A DNA stretch of 64,000 bases from an uncultured Pleurocapsa sp. (GCA_964393695.1 CAYMWC010000004.1:298-64297), one strand, 5' to 3'; shown: positions 1 through 10,221, numbered from the stretch's first letter. Notes: generated by a model from the letters alone, not told the origin. Numbers and translations: made by a program.

Positions 1-728
1 GTTTCTTCTGCTTGTGTTGGTTCAAAGGCGCGGAAGGTGTTGGCTTCGCCACCGTCATCAAATAGCGTGTTTTCTACTGTTGCTCCGTGAATGGCACACA
101 GTAATGCCCCACCTAGTACTCCTGCTACTCCCATCATGTGGAAAGGATTGAGAGTGAAGTTATGGAATCCTTGAACAAATAGGATGAAACGGAAGATTCC
201 CGCTACTCCTAAGCTAGGTGCGAAGAACCAGCTAGATTGTCCCAAGGGATAAAGTAAGAATACCGAGACAAATACGGCGATGGGGGCAGAAAAAGCGATC
301 GCGTTATAGGGACGAATCCCTACTAGACGTGAGATTTCAAACTGACGTAGCATAAAGCCAATCAGGGCGAAAGCACCATGTAGGGCGATGAATGCCCACA
401 GTCCACCGATTTGACACCAACGGGTGAAACTCCAGGCTGCTTCAGGTCCCCATAAGAATAGTAGGGAATGTCCCATGCTATCTGCGGGAGTTGAGGCTGC
501 TACAGTTAGGAAGTTACAACCTTCGAGGTAGGAACTGGCTAAACCGTGAGTATACCAAGACGTTACAAAAGTTGTGCAGGTAAGCCAACCACCGATTGCC
601 ATGTAGGCACAGGGGAAGAGCAAAATACCTGACCAACCTACGAATACAAAGCGATCGCGCTTGAGCCAGTCATCAACTGCATCAAAGATGCCCTGTTGTG
701 CTGGGGCGCGTCCTACTGCTATTGTCAT
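1..728 (-). CDS. psbD: Photosystem II D2 protein, 3' part runs off the window start
   Basis: Manual translation from CAT at 726-728: [34 protein letters not shown]...[26 protein letters not shown]; absent from ORF track because no stop lies in the window. Confidence 0.99.
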   Translation of the reverse strand, partial: MTIAVGRAPAQQGIFDAVDDWLKRDRFVFVGWSGILLFPCAYMAIGGWLTCTTFVTSWYTHGLASSYLEGCNFLTVAASTPADSMGHSLLFLWGPEAAWSFTRWCQIGGLWAFIALHGAFALIGFMLRQFEISRLVGIRPYNAIAFSAPIAVFVSVFLLYPLGQSSWFFAPSLGVAGIFRFILFVQGFHNFTLNPFHMMGVAGVLGGALLCAIHGATVENTLFDDGGEANTFRAFEPTQAEE

Positions 729-1232
729 ATGTTTCTAATCCTCTTGCTTGAACAAATATAAACTGCAAGATTTCTCAAAATGTACTTTTCTATCATGCCT
801 TAAGGTGTTACTTCAACGAAATGTTGAGAACTACCAAGTTTTATAAAACTTTACCAGATTTTTAGATAAGATTCTCTGTTATTGGCTGAGATTATCCTTA
901 AGATACTGTTACAGTCTGACCTCCCTAGGAGTACTGATGTTATGTATCTTAAAATAGCATGAAAACCTTATCGTTAGGTATTTTGAGTCAACTGTGAGAT
1001 AAGCTTCTCATATTGGCTCAGAATGGCGATCAGCATTAAATAATTATTAGCAAAATTTTTACAAAATGACACAAATTCCACGAGACTGAAACAATTTTTT
1101 CGGCTTTTGCTTGACTAATATCTACCGAGGACGAGGATTTGTGTGGGATTAACTTCTGAAAATGAGAAAATAAAAAGTTGGTTTCAGATTTCTTTTAAAC
1201 AAAAAATATTAATTAAACTCCGAGAGTTAGTA

Positions 1233-1793
1233 ATGACAACCAATCAAACTACCAAACAGACTTTGCGACAAGACATTTTAGGCTCACGCAGATTTAGTAA
1301 TTTCTTATGGGCAATAATCGTAACTTTGGGGGGAGTAGGATTTCTCCTAGCTGGATTATCCAGTTATCTCAAAACTAACTTACTAATTGTTTCTGATACC
1401 AGTGGATTACAGTTTATTCCTCAAGGAATTGCTCTAACTTTTTATGGTGTGGCAGGTTCGCTTTTAGCAGTTTACCTATGGTTGCTGGTGACTTGGAATG
1501 TAGGTGGTGGTTACAACGAATTTAATAAAGAAACAGGCAAAGTAGTTATTTCTCGTTGGGGATATCCAGGTAAAAATCGCCAGGTAGAAGTAACTTTTCC
1601 GATTGCCGAAGTTCAATCCGTCAGAGCCGAAATTAGAGAAGGATTGAGTCCTAAACGGGCTTTGTATCTACGTTCTCAAAAAAGACGCGATATTCCTCTC
1701 ACTCGTGTTGGTGAACCTATCGCCCTAGCAACTCTAGAAAACCAAGGAGCAGAATTGGCAAGATTTTTAGAAGTTCCCTTGGAAGGACTATAA
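1233..1793 (+). CDS. ycf4: Photosystem I assembly protein Ycf4
   Basis: GSRRFSNFLWA, PQGIALTFYG, W.VGGGYNEF, ENQGAELARFL; ATG 1233 preferred over GTG 1143; canonical position next to psbD. Confidence 0.97.
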   Translation: MTTNQTTKQTLRQDILGSRRFSNFLWAIIVTLGGVGFLLAGLSSYLKTNLLIVSDTSGLQFIPQGIALTFYGVAGSLLAVYLWLLVTWNVGGGYNEFNKETGKVVISRWGYPGKNRQVEVTFPIAEVQSVRAEIREGLSPKRALYLRSQKRRDIPLTRVGEPIALATLENQGAELARFLEVPLEGL

Positions 1794-1795
1794 AT

Positions 1796-1852
1796 AGAAG
1801 TCAGAGGTCAGAGGTCAGAGGTCAGAAGTACCACAAGGGTATAACATCAGAA
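1796..1852 (+). repeat. Heptamer tandem repeat (AGAGGTC/AGAAGTC) with embedded TACCACAAGGGTA hairpin
   Basis: gaagtcagaggtcagaggtcagaggtcagaagtaccacaagggtataacatcagaa; 1821-1852 is the exact reverse complement of 15538-15569. Confidence 0.9.
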
Positions 1853-2001
1853 TTCACAAAGGGCTAGCTCGCATGTAGTCAGAAATCAAAAGTTTTTACC
1901 TACTAACTATTACCTGTTTTGACCAGTTTTTCCAGTCTGGGTAAAATTAGGCTACAAAGGTCAAGGCAATATTATGAGCATAAAAAGTCTAGATTGGAAA
2001 C

Positions 2002-2754
2002 ATGACTAAAAATACACCAAGGTGGCTAATTAAGATGATTTCCTTACTGCTAATTAGCAGTTTAGTTTTGGGAGGGTGTGCAACATCGGCGACAGATGTT
2101 TCCCAATCTTCCTCGTCATCTGATAATCTGGCAAATAATCAATCACAAGTGGCGATCGCCAATAAAGATAATCAAACTATGAATAATAATTTGCCCAAAC
2201 TCGAAGGGATGGCGAAAGTCGAATTGCAGGTTAACGGTTCACCCATCATTATGGAAATTAATGGTACAGAAGCCCCGTTCACGGCAGGGAATTTTGTGGA
2301 TTTAGTTGAGCGAGGTGTTTATGACGGTTTAGTATTTCACCGTGTTATACCTGGATTTGTTGCTCAAGGCGGAGATCCTCAAGGAAAAGACCCTAATTTT
2401 GCTGGACAATTGGGTACAGGTGGCTTTGTCGATCCCGATACAGGTTCAGAACGTCGTATTCCTTTGGAAATTAAATTAACAGGAGAAAGTGAGCCTACTT
2501 ATAGTAAGGCAAGGCTAGGAAGCTCAGTAGTCCTCAAACACGATCGCGGTGTTATTGCGATGGCTCGTTCGGCAATGCCTGATTCTGCTTCTTCACAATT
2601 TTATATTGCTCTAGAAGATTTACCTTCTTTGGATGGTGACTATGCAGTTTTTGGTAAAGTCGTAGAAGGGATGGATGTAGTAGATAAAATCAAGCAGGGC
2701 GATCGCCTTAGTTCCGCTAAAGTCACTGAAGGCTCAGAAAACTTAAAAAAATAG
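2002..2754 (+). CDS. Cyclophilin-type peptidyl-prolyl cis-trans isomerase, probable lipoprotein
   Basis: [20 protein letters not shown]...[18 protein letters not shown]; N-terminal signal peptide with LGGC lipobox. Confidence 0.95.
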   Translation: MTKNTPRWLIKMISLLLISSLVLGGCATSATDVSQSSSSSDNLANNQSQVAIANKDNQTMNNNLPKLEGMAKVELQVNGSPIIMEINGTEAPFTAGNFVDLVERGVYDGLVFHRVIPGFVAQGGDPQGKDPNFAGQLGTGGFVDPDTGSERRIPLEIKLTGESEPTYSKARLGSSVVLKHDRGVIAMARSAMPDSASSQFYIALEDLPSLDGDYAVFGKVVEGMDVVDKIKQGDRLSSAKVTEGSENLKK

Positions 2755-2858
2755 ACAAGTTTTTGATTGAGATGAAAAGTCTTTAACAGTTAGAGCAGTT
2801 AAAAGCTGAAAGTTAAGCGTGCCGTTAGGCATAGCGGTTTTATCTAAGTTCAAAATTT

Positions 2859-3983
2859 ATGGACGTTGTAGTTACTGGGATAGGATTAATATCCTGTCTT
2901 GGTTCACTTGCTCAAACTTGGTCAAGTATTTTGCAGGGTAAGTCAGGAATTAAATTACATTCACCTTTTCCTAAACTCCCTGCTTATCCTTTAGGATTGA
3001 TTAATTCTCAACCAAGTAAAATAGATGCTTTAACTCAAACAATACTGCTGGCGACTCTTCAGGATGCTGGCTTGCAACCACCTTTAGCTCAATGTGGGGT
3101 AGTAATCGGCTCAAGCCGAGGTTGCCTGGCAACTTGGGAAGAGTTGGCAACTCAAAGATATAATTCCGAAATTGCAATTTCTCACTGGCTAGAGACGTTA
3201 CCCCATCAAAGCGCGATCGCCACTGCTCAATATTTGCAAACTTCTGCCCCTGTTTTAGCTCCAATGGCTGCTTGTGCTACGGGAATTTGGGCATTAGCCA
3301 GGGGCTATGAATTAATCAAGACTGGTAGATGTGAAAGAGTTATTGCTGGTGCAGTTGAAGCTCCAATTACTCCCCTGACTTTAGCAGCTTTTGAGCGTAT
3401 GGGAGCGTTAGCAAGTACAGGCTGCTATCCATTTGACTACAAACGCGAAGGATTGGTTTTAGGCGAGGGAGGAGCTATGTTTGTTTTAGAAACAGCAGAA
3501 TTAGCTGTCTGTCGCCAAGCAAAAATTTATGGGAGAATCTTAGGCTTTGGCTTAACCTGTGATGCTCACCATGTCAGCGCACCTCAAACGGTTAATGGCA
3601 GTGCAGCCAGAGCAATCAAACTAGCTTTAGAGCGTAGTAATTTAAATCCTCAAGCGATCGCTTATCTTCATGTTCATGGTACAAGTACAATTTTGAACGA
3701 TCGCCACGAAGCTCAATTAATTCGACATATATTTCCGTCACAAGTTGCTGTAAGCTCTACGAAAGGCGCGACAGGTCATACCTTGGGAGCATCAGGAGCG
3801 ATCGGCACTGCTTTAACGCTGATGGCATTTCAACATGGATATTTACCTCCCTGTGTAGGCTTAAGCAAGTCAGAATTTGACTTAAACATTATCACCCAGC
3901 CTAGGAAGGTTAAAATTGATCATGCTATGTGTTTCAGTTTTGGCTTTGGTGGTCAAAATGCTGTAATTAGTTTAGGCAGATAG
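2859..3983 (+). CDS. fabF: Beta-ketoacyl-ACP synthase (KAS II/FabF-like)
   Basis: AACATG catalytic Cys, HGTST, SSTKGATGHTLGASG, SFGFGGQN. Confidence 0.88.
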   Translation: MDVVVTGIGLISCLGSLAQTWSSILQGKSGIKLHSPFPKLPAYPLGLINSQPSKIDALTQTILLATLQDAGLQPPLAQCGVVIGSSRGCLATWEELATQRYNSEIAISHWLETLPHQSAIATAQYLQTSAPVLAPMAACATGIWALARGYELIKTGRCERVIAGAVEAPITPLTLAAFERMGALASTGCYPFDYKREGLVLGEGGAMFVLETAELAVCRQAKIYGRILGFGLTCDAHHVSAPQTVNGSAARAIKLALERSNLNPQAIAYLHVHGTSTILNDRHEAQLIRHIFPSQVAVSSTKGATGHTLGASGAIGTALTLMAFQHGYLPPCVGLSKSEFDLNIITQPRKVKIDHAMCFSFGFGGQNAVISLGR

Positions 3984-4017
3984 CTAAACTCCTTGGGTGT
4001 TTTTAGGAAACAAAGTA

Positions 4018-4590
4018 ATGACTTCTACTACTACTCGACTAACTCTGGAAGAATACCTTGCCTATGACGATGGTACAGATAATCGCTACGAATTGGTAGA
4101 TGGGAAACTAGTAACCATGCCTCCAGAATCAGATCGCAACAATTTAATTGCTCTTTACTTGCTAACAGAATTTCTTAAGCTTGTCCCAATTAGATTAATC
4201 CGTCACAAAGATACTGAGCTGGTGGTTACAGGTAATCGCACTAGAGTCAGAATGCCAGACTTAATGATCTTGACCGAAGAATTATTAACAGCAATTGGCG
4301 GAAGACGGGCTACTATTACTCCTGATATGCCCTCTCCTGTTTTGATTGTAGAAGTAGTTTCTCCTGGTAAAGTAAATGAAGACAGAGATTATCGTTATAA
4401 ACGTTCCGAATATGCAGCCAGAGGTATTTTAGAATATTGGATTGTCGATCCTCAAAGTGATAAAGTGACAATCCTCTCTCTAGTAGACGGTTTGTATGAA
4501 GAGACTATATTTAAAGGCGATCGCTTAATCACCTCAACTGTTCTTACACAGCTATCATTAACAGCAGAACAAATATTTGGCTTCCAGTAA
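4018..4590 (+). CDS. Uma2 (DUF820) family PD-(D/E)XK endonuclease
   Basis: RYELVDG...MPP, RMPDL, VEVVSPG, D...KRSEYA..GI.EYWIVDP. Confidence 0.93.
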   Translation: MTSTTTRLTLEEYLAYDDGTDNRYELVDGKLVTMPPESDRNNLIALYLLTEFLKLVPIRLIRHKDTELVVTGNRTRVRMPDLMILTEELLTAIGGRRATITPDMPSPVLIVEVVSPGKVNEDRDYRYKRSEYAARGILEYWIVDPQSDKVTILSLVDGLYEETIFKGDRLITSTVLTQLSLTAEQIFGFQ

Positions 4591-4597
4591 TTTTTGC

Positions 4598-5305
4598 TTA
4601 CACTTGGTCGGGATCTATTCCTATTTCTCGCAGCTTTTCGGCTAGTTTGGCGGCTTTTTGCTCGGCTAGTTGGGCTTTTTGTGCAGCTAGCTCAGCTTTT
4701 TGCTCGGCTAGTTTAGCTTTTTGTGCGATTTCTGTATAAGTTAAAAACCTATTTCCATCTGGACGATAAATCTCTAAATCAGTTTCTGAAAGCTCAAACC
4801 GAATCTTTAATCTGGGACTAACCCACTGCTGAATTGGTTCAATTATATCCAAAAAGCCCTCAGTACGTACCCAACCGCTCAGATGGTTGAGATCTGGATC
4901 ATACAAATAATACTCTTCCACACCAAAACGGTCATAAAATAGCAGCTTGCGATTCATCTCAGCTTTTGTATTTCCAGGAGACAAAATTTCAAATACTACT
5001 TGTGGTGCTATGTTATCTTCTTCCCACTGCTTATAAGAACCTCTGTCACCTTTTGGTCTACCAAAGACTATTAAAGCATCTGGAGCAACACGAGTCTTAT
5101 TATTTCCTTCAACGGGATACCACAACAAGTCTCCAGCCACGAATACATTTGGATCTTCGGCAAATAACCATTCTAGATTTTCTTTAATAGTTACAATCCA
5201 GCGAAATTGCTTGGTGTTATCTGCCATCGGCTGTCCGTCACAATCGGGATAAATGATATTTGGCTTTGAAGATGGTTGTAGTTGCATCATATACCTCTGT
5301 TCCAT
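4598..5305 (-). CDS. Uma2 (DUF820) family endonuclease with C-terminal AEQKA-type repeats
   Basis: YPDCDGQPMADN, APDAL, VFEILSPGN, KLLFYDRFGVEEYYLYDP. Confidence 0.93.
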   Translation of the reverse strand: MEQRYMMQLQPSSKPNIIYPDCDGQPMADNTKQFRWIVTIKENLEWLFAEDPNVFVAGDLLWYPVEGNNKTRVAPDALIVFGRPKGDRGSYKQWEEDNIAPQVVFEILSPGNTKAEMNRKLLFYDRFGVEEYYLYDPDLNHLSGWVRTEGFLDIIEPIQQWVSPRLKIRFELSETDLEIYRPDGNRFLTYTEIAQKAKLAEQKAELAAQKAQLAEQKAAKLAEKLREIGIDPDQV

Positions 5306-5445
5306 CAGTCATTTTGTTCTAGTTTCATTATGCCCGACAATTAGAGACGCGATCGCTGATCGGCGAAAATTCCCCTAAATATTATAATTTAGCTTCACGG
5401 ACGGAAGCTAACGCAAGCAAAAAACTATTTGGGACAGATTAACTA

Positions 5446-5934
5446 TTATTTCTCTTCCTGATTTTCAAGATAAAGTGTTTGAGTATTTACGCGATCGCTA
5501 ACTATTAAACATTTATTGATTCTGCGAGCAAGTTTGTTACTAACTAAAGTTAATGCTTGCTTTGGTGGGAGAAATTGATAAGCACTAATTTCATCGGTAG
5601 CAATTTCGATCTCTGAAATTTTTTCTTGAGCAAGAATACCACCAAAAAAGATAAATTGTAGAGACTCGATCGCTTCTTCGTTTTTACTGGTGTAATCAAT
5701 ACATAACAATCGTTCTGGTTTGATTTTGATGCCAATTTCTTCTCTTACTTCTCGAATACAAGCATTTTGGGGGGATTCATTAGCTTCAACAACACCACCA
5801 GGAAGATTCCAAGCATCTCTATATACAGGTTTAACTACTAAGATTTTGCCTTCAGTATCAAAAAATAGGCATCCAGCACCCATTACTTTTTTTGGTAAAC
5901 TTGCTAAATATTCTTGACGATTCTTCAAAGTCAT
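5446..5934 (-). CDS. NUDIX hydrolase
   Basis: Nudix box GGVVEANESPQNACIREVREEIG. Confidence 0.95.
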   Translation of the reverse strand: MTLKNRQEYLASLPKKVMGAGCLFFDTEGKILVVKPVYRDAWNLPGGVVEANESPQNACIREVREEIGIKIKPERLLCIDYTSKNEEAIESLQFIFFGGILAQEKISEIEIATDEISAYQFLPPKQALTLVSNKLARRINKCLIVSDRVNTQTLYLENQEEK

Positions 5935-5961
5935 TAACCCTAAAATTTTATACTTACTACA

Positions 5962-6309
5962 TCACGGCAATTTATCAAGATGCGAAAGTTCAGTCAAATC
6001 TAGAGGCACAGTTGACTTCATAAATACTTCTTCAGTTTCCGTAACAAGGGGATCGAGGTTTGCCCGTCTAAATTCTAAAGCAGCTATTAAATCTTGATCA
6101 ACACGAACCTTAGCTTGGATAGCTTGATATTGATCCATACTGTCATATACCCAAAGTGCTGCAATATGATTACCATCTTCAGTTTGCCACCTACCAATTA
6201 AACAAGCTCCATAACGTTTCTGCACTGGGAATAAACGTTCTTGGAAAAAATTGTTAAAAACCTCAGTCTTACCAGGTGATACTTGATATTGCCTCAATCT
6301 GAATATCAT
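5962..6309 (-). CDS. NIPSNAP family protein
   Basis: LRQYQVSPGK...F...IGRWQT...LWVYDS pattern. Confidence 0.8.
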   Translation of the reverse strand: MIFRLRQYQVSPGKTEVFNNFFQERLFPVQKRYGACLIGRWQTEDGNHIAALWVYDSMDQYQAIQAKVRVDQDLIAALEFRRANLDPLVTETEEVFMKSTVPLDLTELSHLDKLP

Positions 6310-6453
6310 AAATCCTAATTTTGTAGTTAATATTCATTAACAAATTACCACAATGGATCTTAACTATTAGAGAATAATACTCTAGAAACCTTTAAATTAT
6401 GGCAACTGTTAGAGCCAGCTTGTTCAATAGCAAAAGTATAAATATTTAAAATA

Positions 6454-7530
6454 ATGGTAGATAGCCTTAAAAAACCCCAGTTTGAGGAAGTGCGCCCTGG
6501 AGTTAAGACTCCTGCGGAAGAGACTATTCTCACCCCTCGCTTTTATACAACAGATTTTGATGAGATGGCTAAGATGGACATCTCGGTTAATGAAGATGAA
6601 TTGAGAGCCATTCTAGAAGAGTTTCGTATTGACTATAACCGCCATCACTTTGTTCGAGACGAGCAATTCCAAAAATCTTGGGATAATATCAGTGGTGAAA
6701 CTCGTAAACTATTTATAGAATTTCTTGAACGTTCTTGTACGGCTGAGTTTTCTGGTTTTCTGCTTTACAAAGAATTGGGAAGACGTTTAAAAGGTAAAAG
6801 TCCTGTGCTGGCTGAAATTTTCACCCTTATGTCACGGGATGAAGCACGTCATGCAGGGTTTTTAAATAAAGCTTTATCGGACTTCAACCTTTCTTTAGAT
6901 TTAGGATTTTTAACTAAAAGTCGCAAATATACTTTCTTTAAGCCTAAATTTATCTTTTATGCCACATATCTTTCTGAAAAGATTGGCTACTGGCGTTACA
7001 TCACAATTTTCCGCCACTTAGAACAACATCCCGAAAACGAAATTTATCCTATTTTCCGTTTCTTCGAGAATTGGTGTCAGGATGAAAACCGCCACGGAGA
7101 CTTTTTTGATGCAATAATGAAGTCGCAACCCCAGTTTCTCAACGACTGGAAAGCAAGATTGTGGAGTCGTTTCTTCTTGCTATCAGTATTTGCGACAATG
7201 TACCTCAATGATGTTCAACGTTCTGGTTTTTATGCTTCTTTGGGCTTAGATGCTAGAGAATATGATAAATACGTGATTGAGAAAACTAATGAAACTGCTG
7301 GTAGAGTCTTCCCCGTTGTTTTAGATGTAGAACACCCTGATTTTTATCAGCGTTTAGAAACTTGTATAGTTAACAACGAGAAGCTAACTGAAATTGCTAA
7401 CTCTCAAGCATCTGCACCAGTTAAGTTATTACGCAAGCTACCCTACTATGTTTCTAACGCCGTAGAATTAGTTAAAATGTATTTAATTAAGCCTATTCGA
7501 GTAGATCATTTGGCTGAGACTGTTCGTTAA
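6454..7530 (+). CDS. acsF: Mg-protoporphyrin IX monomethyl ester oxidative cyclase
   Basis: [40 protein letters not shown] diiron motifs. Confidence 0.98.
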   Translation: MVDSLKKPQFEEVRPGVKTPAEETILTPRFYTTDFDEMAKMDISVNEDELRAILEEFRIDYNRHHFVRDEQFQKSWDNISGETRKLFIEFLERSCTAEFSGFLLYKELGRRLKGKSPVLAEIFTLMSRDEARHAGFLNKALSDFNLSLDLGFLTKSRKYTFFKPKFIFYATYLSEKIGYWRYITIFRHLEQHPENEIYPIFRFFENWCQDENRHGDFFDAIMKSQPQFLNDWKARLWSRFFLLSVFATMYLNDVQRSGFYASLGLDAREYDKYVIEKTNETAGRVFPVVLDVEHPDFYQRLETCIVNNEKLTEIANSQASAPVKLLRKLPYYVSNAVELVKMYLIKPIRVDHLAETVR

Positions 7531-7575
7531 AGTTAAAAATGTAAGTAACTTTAGTTTATTTTTTCTCAGTTTTTT

Positions 7576-7603
7576 AGTCCTGTTGCTTAACAGGGCTTTT
7601 TTT
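7576..7603 (+). terminator. Rho-independent terminator after acsF
   Basis: AGTCCTGTT-GCTT-AACAGGGCT stem followed by T run. Confidence 0.75.
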
Positions 7604-7709
7604 GTACTAAGTTAATAGTCAATATTGTAGTTGAGACTTAGCCTACTTAATTTTTGATTAACGATAAGATATAAATTGAGAAGAATTTTTAGATAGTTTT
7701 ATCAAATTT

Positions 7710-8276
7710 ATGTCTACTGTTGTCGCAGTCGAAAAGAAAAAATTAAACAAACCACCTTTAGATATTCATTATTTAGGCGATCGCGTTTTACGTCAGCCAG
7801 CTAAACGGGTTGCTAAAGTAGATGATGAGATTCGTCGAATCATCAGAGAAATGCTACAAACTATGTATAGTGCTGATGGTATTGGTTTAGCAGCACCTCA
7901 AGTGGGTATTCACAAACAGCTTATTGTCATTGACATTCATTTAGATCAGCCTGATAAACCACCTCTAGTTTTAATTAATCCTAAAATTACCAAATTTGGT
8001 AAAAATCTTTGTAACAGTGAGGAAGGCTGTCTTAGTATACCTGGGGTGTATTTAGAGGTAACTCGCCCTGATGAAATTGAGGTAACTTATAAAAACGAAC
8101 AGGGAAAACCTAGTGCCTTAAAAGCTACTGGTTTATTATCTCGTGCTATTCAACATGAAATGGATCACCTAAATGGTGTAATGTTTGTAGATCGAGTTGA
8201 AAATAATCTGGCTCTTAATGAAGAGTTACATAAAAAAGGTTTTGCTCTCAGCGCAGTTAAGCCAGTGAAAAAGTAA
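7710..8276 (+). CDS. def: Peptide deformylase
   Basis: GIGLAAPQVG, EGCLS, QHEMDHLNG. Confidence 0.98.
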   Translation: MSTVVAVEKKKLNKPPLDIHYLGDRVLRQPAKRVAKVDDEIRRIIREMLQTMYSADGIGLAAPQVGIHKQLIVIDIHLDQPDKPPLVLINPKITKFGKNLCNSEEGCLSIPGVYLEVTRPDEIEVTYKNEQGKPSALKATGLLSRAIQHEMDHLNGVMFVDRVENNLALNEELHKKGFALSAVKPVKK

Positions 8277-8324
8277 CCCAAAAATAAATAAATATAAAAC
8301 AACAAATTTCAGAGGAATATAAAA

Positions 8325-8531
8325 ATGGTTTCAATGACCCCTAAAAGTGGTGTATGTTTAATTTTGTGCTGTATAACAGCGATCGCAGGAGTCGGCTCGG
8401 TCTTTGAACTATCCTCTGGTAATCCAGAATTAGGCAGTATGGTTACAGGTGTAATTCTCGCTGCTAGTATTCCTCTGACAGGTATTTTATTCTGGATCGC
8501 TGTACAAGATACCAAAGCTAATCAGGGTTAG
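8325..8531 (+). CDS. Small two-helix cyanobacterial membrane protein
   Basis: GAGG upstream; two hydrophobic segments; GSVFELSSG.P motif I recall in conserved cyanobacterial small proteins after def. Confidence 0.7.
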   Translation: MVSMTPKSGVCLILCCITAIAGVGSVFELSSGNPELGSMVTGVILAASIPLTGILFWIAVQDTKANQG

Positions 8532-8580
8532 TGAGCAATTACCAGTTACCAAAATAGCAAGTAGCAAGACTGAGAAATTA

Positions 8581-8802
8581 ATGAAACAGTTCAAAATTGT
8601 AATTGAGAAGCATTCAGACGGATATGTTGCTTACCCAATTGGTGTTGTAGGCGCGATTGTTGGACAAGGAGACACTTATGAAGAAGCCTTGTCAGATGTA
8701 AAGTCAGCGATTGCCTGCTACGTTGAAATTTTCAGGAAAGAAATGTTGGAAGATACCCCTTCGGTGGAAGTTTTCATTGCTGAGGCAGGAATCGCTGTCT
8801 GA
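8581..8802 (+). CDS. hicB: Type II TA antitoxin HicB (short UPF0150 type)
   Basis: IVIEKHSDGYVAY...GQGDTYEEALSDVKSAI. Confidence 0.88.
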   Translation: MKQFKIVIEKHSDGYVAYPIGVVGAIVGQGDTYEEALSDVKSAIACYVEIFRKEMLEDTPSVEVFIAEAGIAV

Positions 8803-8906
8803 TGCCAAAGTTCCCAGTGGATGCGCCAAAGAAGCGAATTATTCAAGCGTTTGAGTCATTAGGTTTTGAAATTTTCGCGACCGAGAACATTATGAATATT
8901 CTCTAA
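8802..8906 (+). pseudogene. hicA: HicA toxin pseudogene (frameshifted, truncated)
   Basis: TGATG overlap with hicB; MPKFPVDAPKKRIIQAFESLGFEI, with (V)RDREH continuing in another frame; C-terminal part absent. Confidence 0.8.
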
Positions 8907-8935
8907 AGCTTAATTATCAGTAATCAGTAGATTAT

Positions 8936-10066
8936 TTAACCATTTTGTAAATTAACAAACCAATTAAGAGTTTTAGGAGAAACCCAACCGTTTTGCGTGA
9001 TAAGTTCGCCAAATTTACGACGGGTTAAAGATTGCTGCTGCAAAATTTCGGTAATTTGTTCTCCTTGGAGTAAGCCTGCATGGTTTAAATAATCGCCCAG
9101 ACGTAGCTTATCTTCAGAGTGAACTAGCCTGGGCAAATCATTGATAAAAAAGTTAATGGTTTCGGCAGGTAGATATCCTTGTTGAATGAGAATTTCTCCA
9201 AAACGGTAATTTCGTTGTTGCTCTTGAATTTTTAATGCTTGTCTGATATTTTGAGGGGATAATAAGCCCGCCTGTTGCAAAATTTCCCCTAAAGGTAAAT
9301 ATTCTGTCTGTAGATAAGGCGGAAATTTATATTGATTTAGCTTTTGCTTGCCCACTAACCAAAATAAAGGCAGGCTATCGATTAGATAACGTTTCCAAAG
9401 TCTAGCAGGTTCAGAGGTAAGGCGATATAGCCATTCTAAGCCCAGATCACTCATGATTTTAGGCGATCGCTTGATATTGCCTGCTTCAAAGTCAATAGTT
9501 GCTCCAATTGCTAGAAATATTTTGATTTTCGGTAATTGCGATCGATATTTAGCGATCCACTTTTCTTGTTTTGGTGCGCCAACTCCTACAGCTAAAACTG
9601 TGGCATCAGAATAATTAATTCGTTCAATAATTTCTTGACATTCTCGCTCATTATTTTCAAAACCAAAGGAAGGAGAATGGGCTGCCACAATAATTTCGCG
9701 CCCTATTTTTTGATTGATATTAATTAATGCTTGTTGTGCCACACCTTCTTGAGCACCTAAGAGAAATATTCTGACATCTTCGTTATATTTATTGTATTCA
9801 TAAAAAGCAGGAAATAGATCAGAACCAGAGATTTTCTCTTTAATTGGATTGCCTAAAAAAAAGGAAATATACTGCAATATTTTGCTGTCACAAACTCGAT
9901 AATTAGAATGATAATAAGCCTTTAATAATTCGCGATCGCTTTGTATTTTAACAAGATGATCGACATTAGGAGTTACTACTATCCCACCATTACGATTTAA
10001 ATCTTCTAATAATTCAATAGTAGTAGTATTGTGAATTGATACATTTAAAAAATCGACTATATCCAT
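8936..10066 (-). CDS. WecB/TagA/CpsF glycosyltransferase with C-terminal MshEN-like repeats
   Basis: TPNVDH, SGSDLF, VGVGAPKQEKW, IGATIDFEAG, GLEWLYRL; C-terminus has four (L/F)G..L...G repeats; ATG 10066 preferred. Confidence 0.93.
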   Translation of the reverse strand: MDIVDFLNVSIHNTTTIELLEDLNRNGGIVVTPNVDHLVKIQSDRELLKAYYHSNYRVCDSKILQYISFFLGNPIKEKISGSDLFPAFYEYNKYNEDVRIFLLGAQEGVAQQALININQKIGREIIVAAHSPSFGFENNERECQEIIERINYSDATVLAVGVGAPKQEKWIAKYRSQLPKIKIFLAIGATIDFEAGNIKRSPKIMSDLGLEWLYRLTSEPARLWKRYLIDSLPLFWLVGKQKLNQYKFPPYLQTEYLPLGEILQQAGLLSPQNIRQALKIQEQQRNYRFGEILIQQGYLPAETINFFINDLPRLVHSEDKLRLGDYLNHAGLLQGEQITEILQQQSLTRRKFGELITQNGWVSPKTLNWFVNLQNG

Positions 10067-10221
10067 ATATTTACAGTTAACAGTCAGCAGTGAGTAGTGA
10101 GCAGTCATCAGGGAAGTAATGGGTAATGGGTAATAAGTGAATAACAGAGGGTACAGAATTTAATTAACCATCAGCTATTATCGGTAATTAGCAATCAAAG
10201 TTAAATTACATTTCAAATAAC

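Noticed and set aside
1143-1232. N-terminal extension of ycf4 from GTG 1143
   Set aside because: Ycf4 homology starts near ATG 1233; the extension is AT-rich and not protein-like.
3001-3264. Track ORF antisense to fabF, and similar short antisense or overlapping ORFs (4966, 5550, 5720, 8309, 13831, 18210, 26088, 28485, 29386, 29500, 30444, 33568, 35177, 37578, 38458, 44631, 50567, 51249, 52677, 55210, 55827, 59555, 59806, 60163)
   Set aside because: Shadow ORFs over well-supported genes, with no recognisable motifs.
4620-4720. 21-bp-period repeats at the end of the second Uma2 gene
   Set aside because: They encode the AEQKA coiled tail common in cyanobacterial Uma2 proteins; not a CRISPR or separate element.
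10081-10150. Heptamer-like tracts (also near 8540, 16270, 54065, 62155) considered as CRISPR or iteron arrays
   Set aside because: Units are 7 bp, degenerate and have no spacers: ordinary cyanobacterial STRR.
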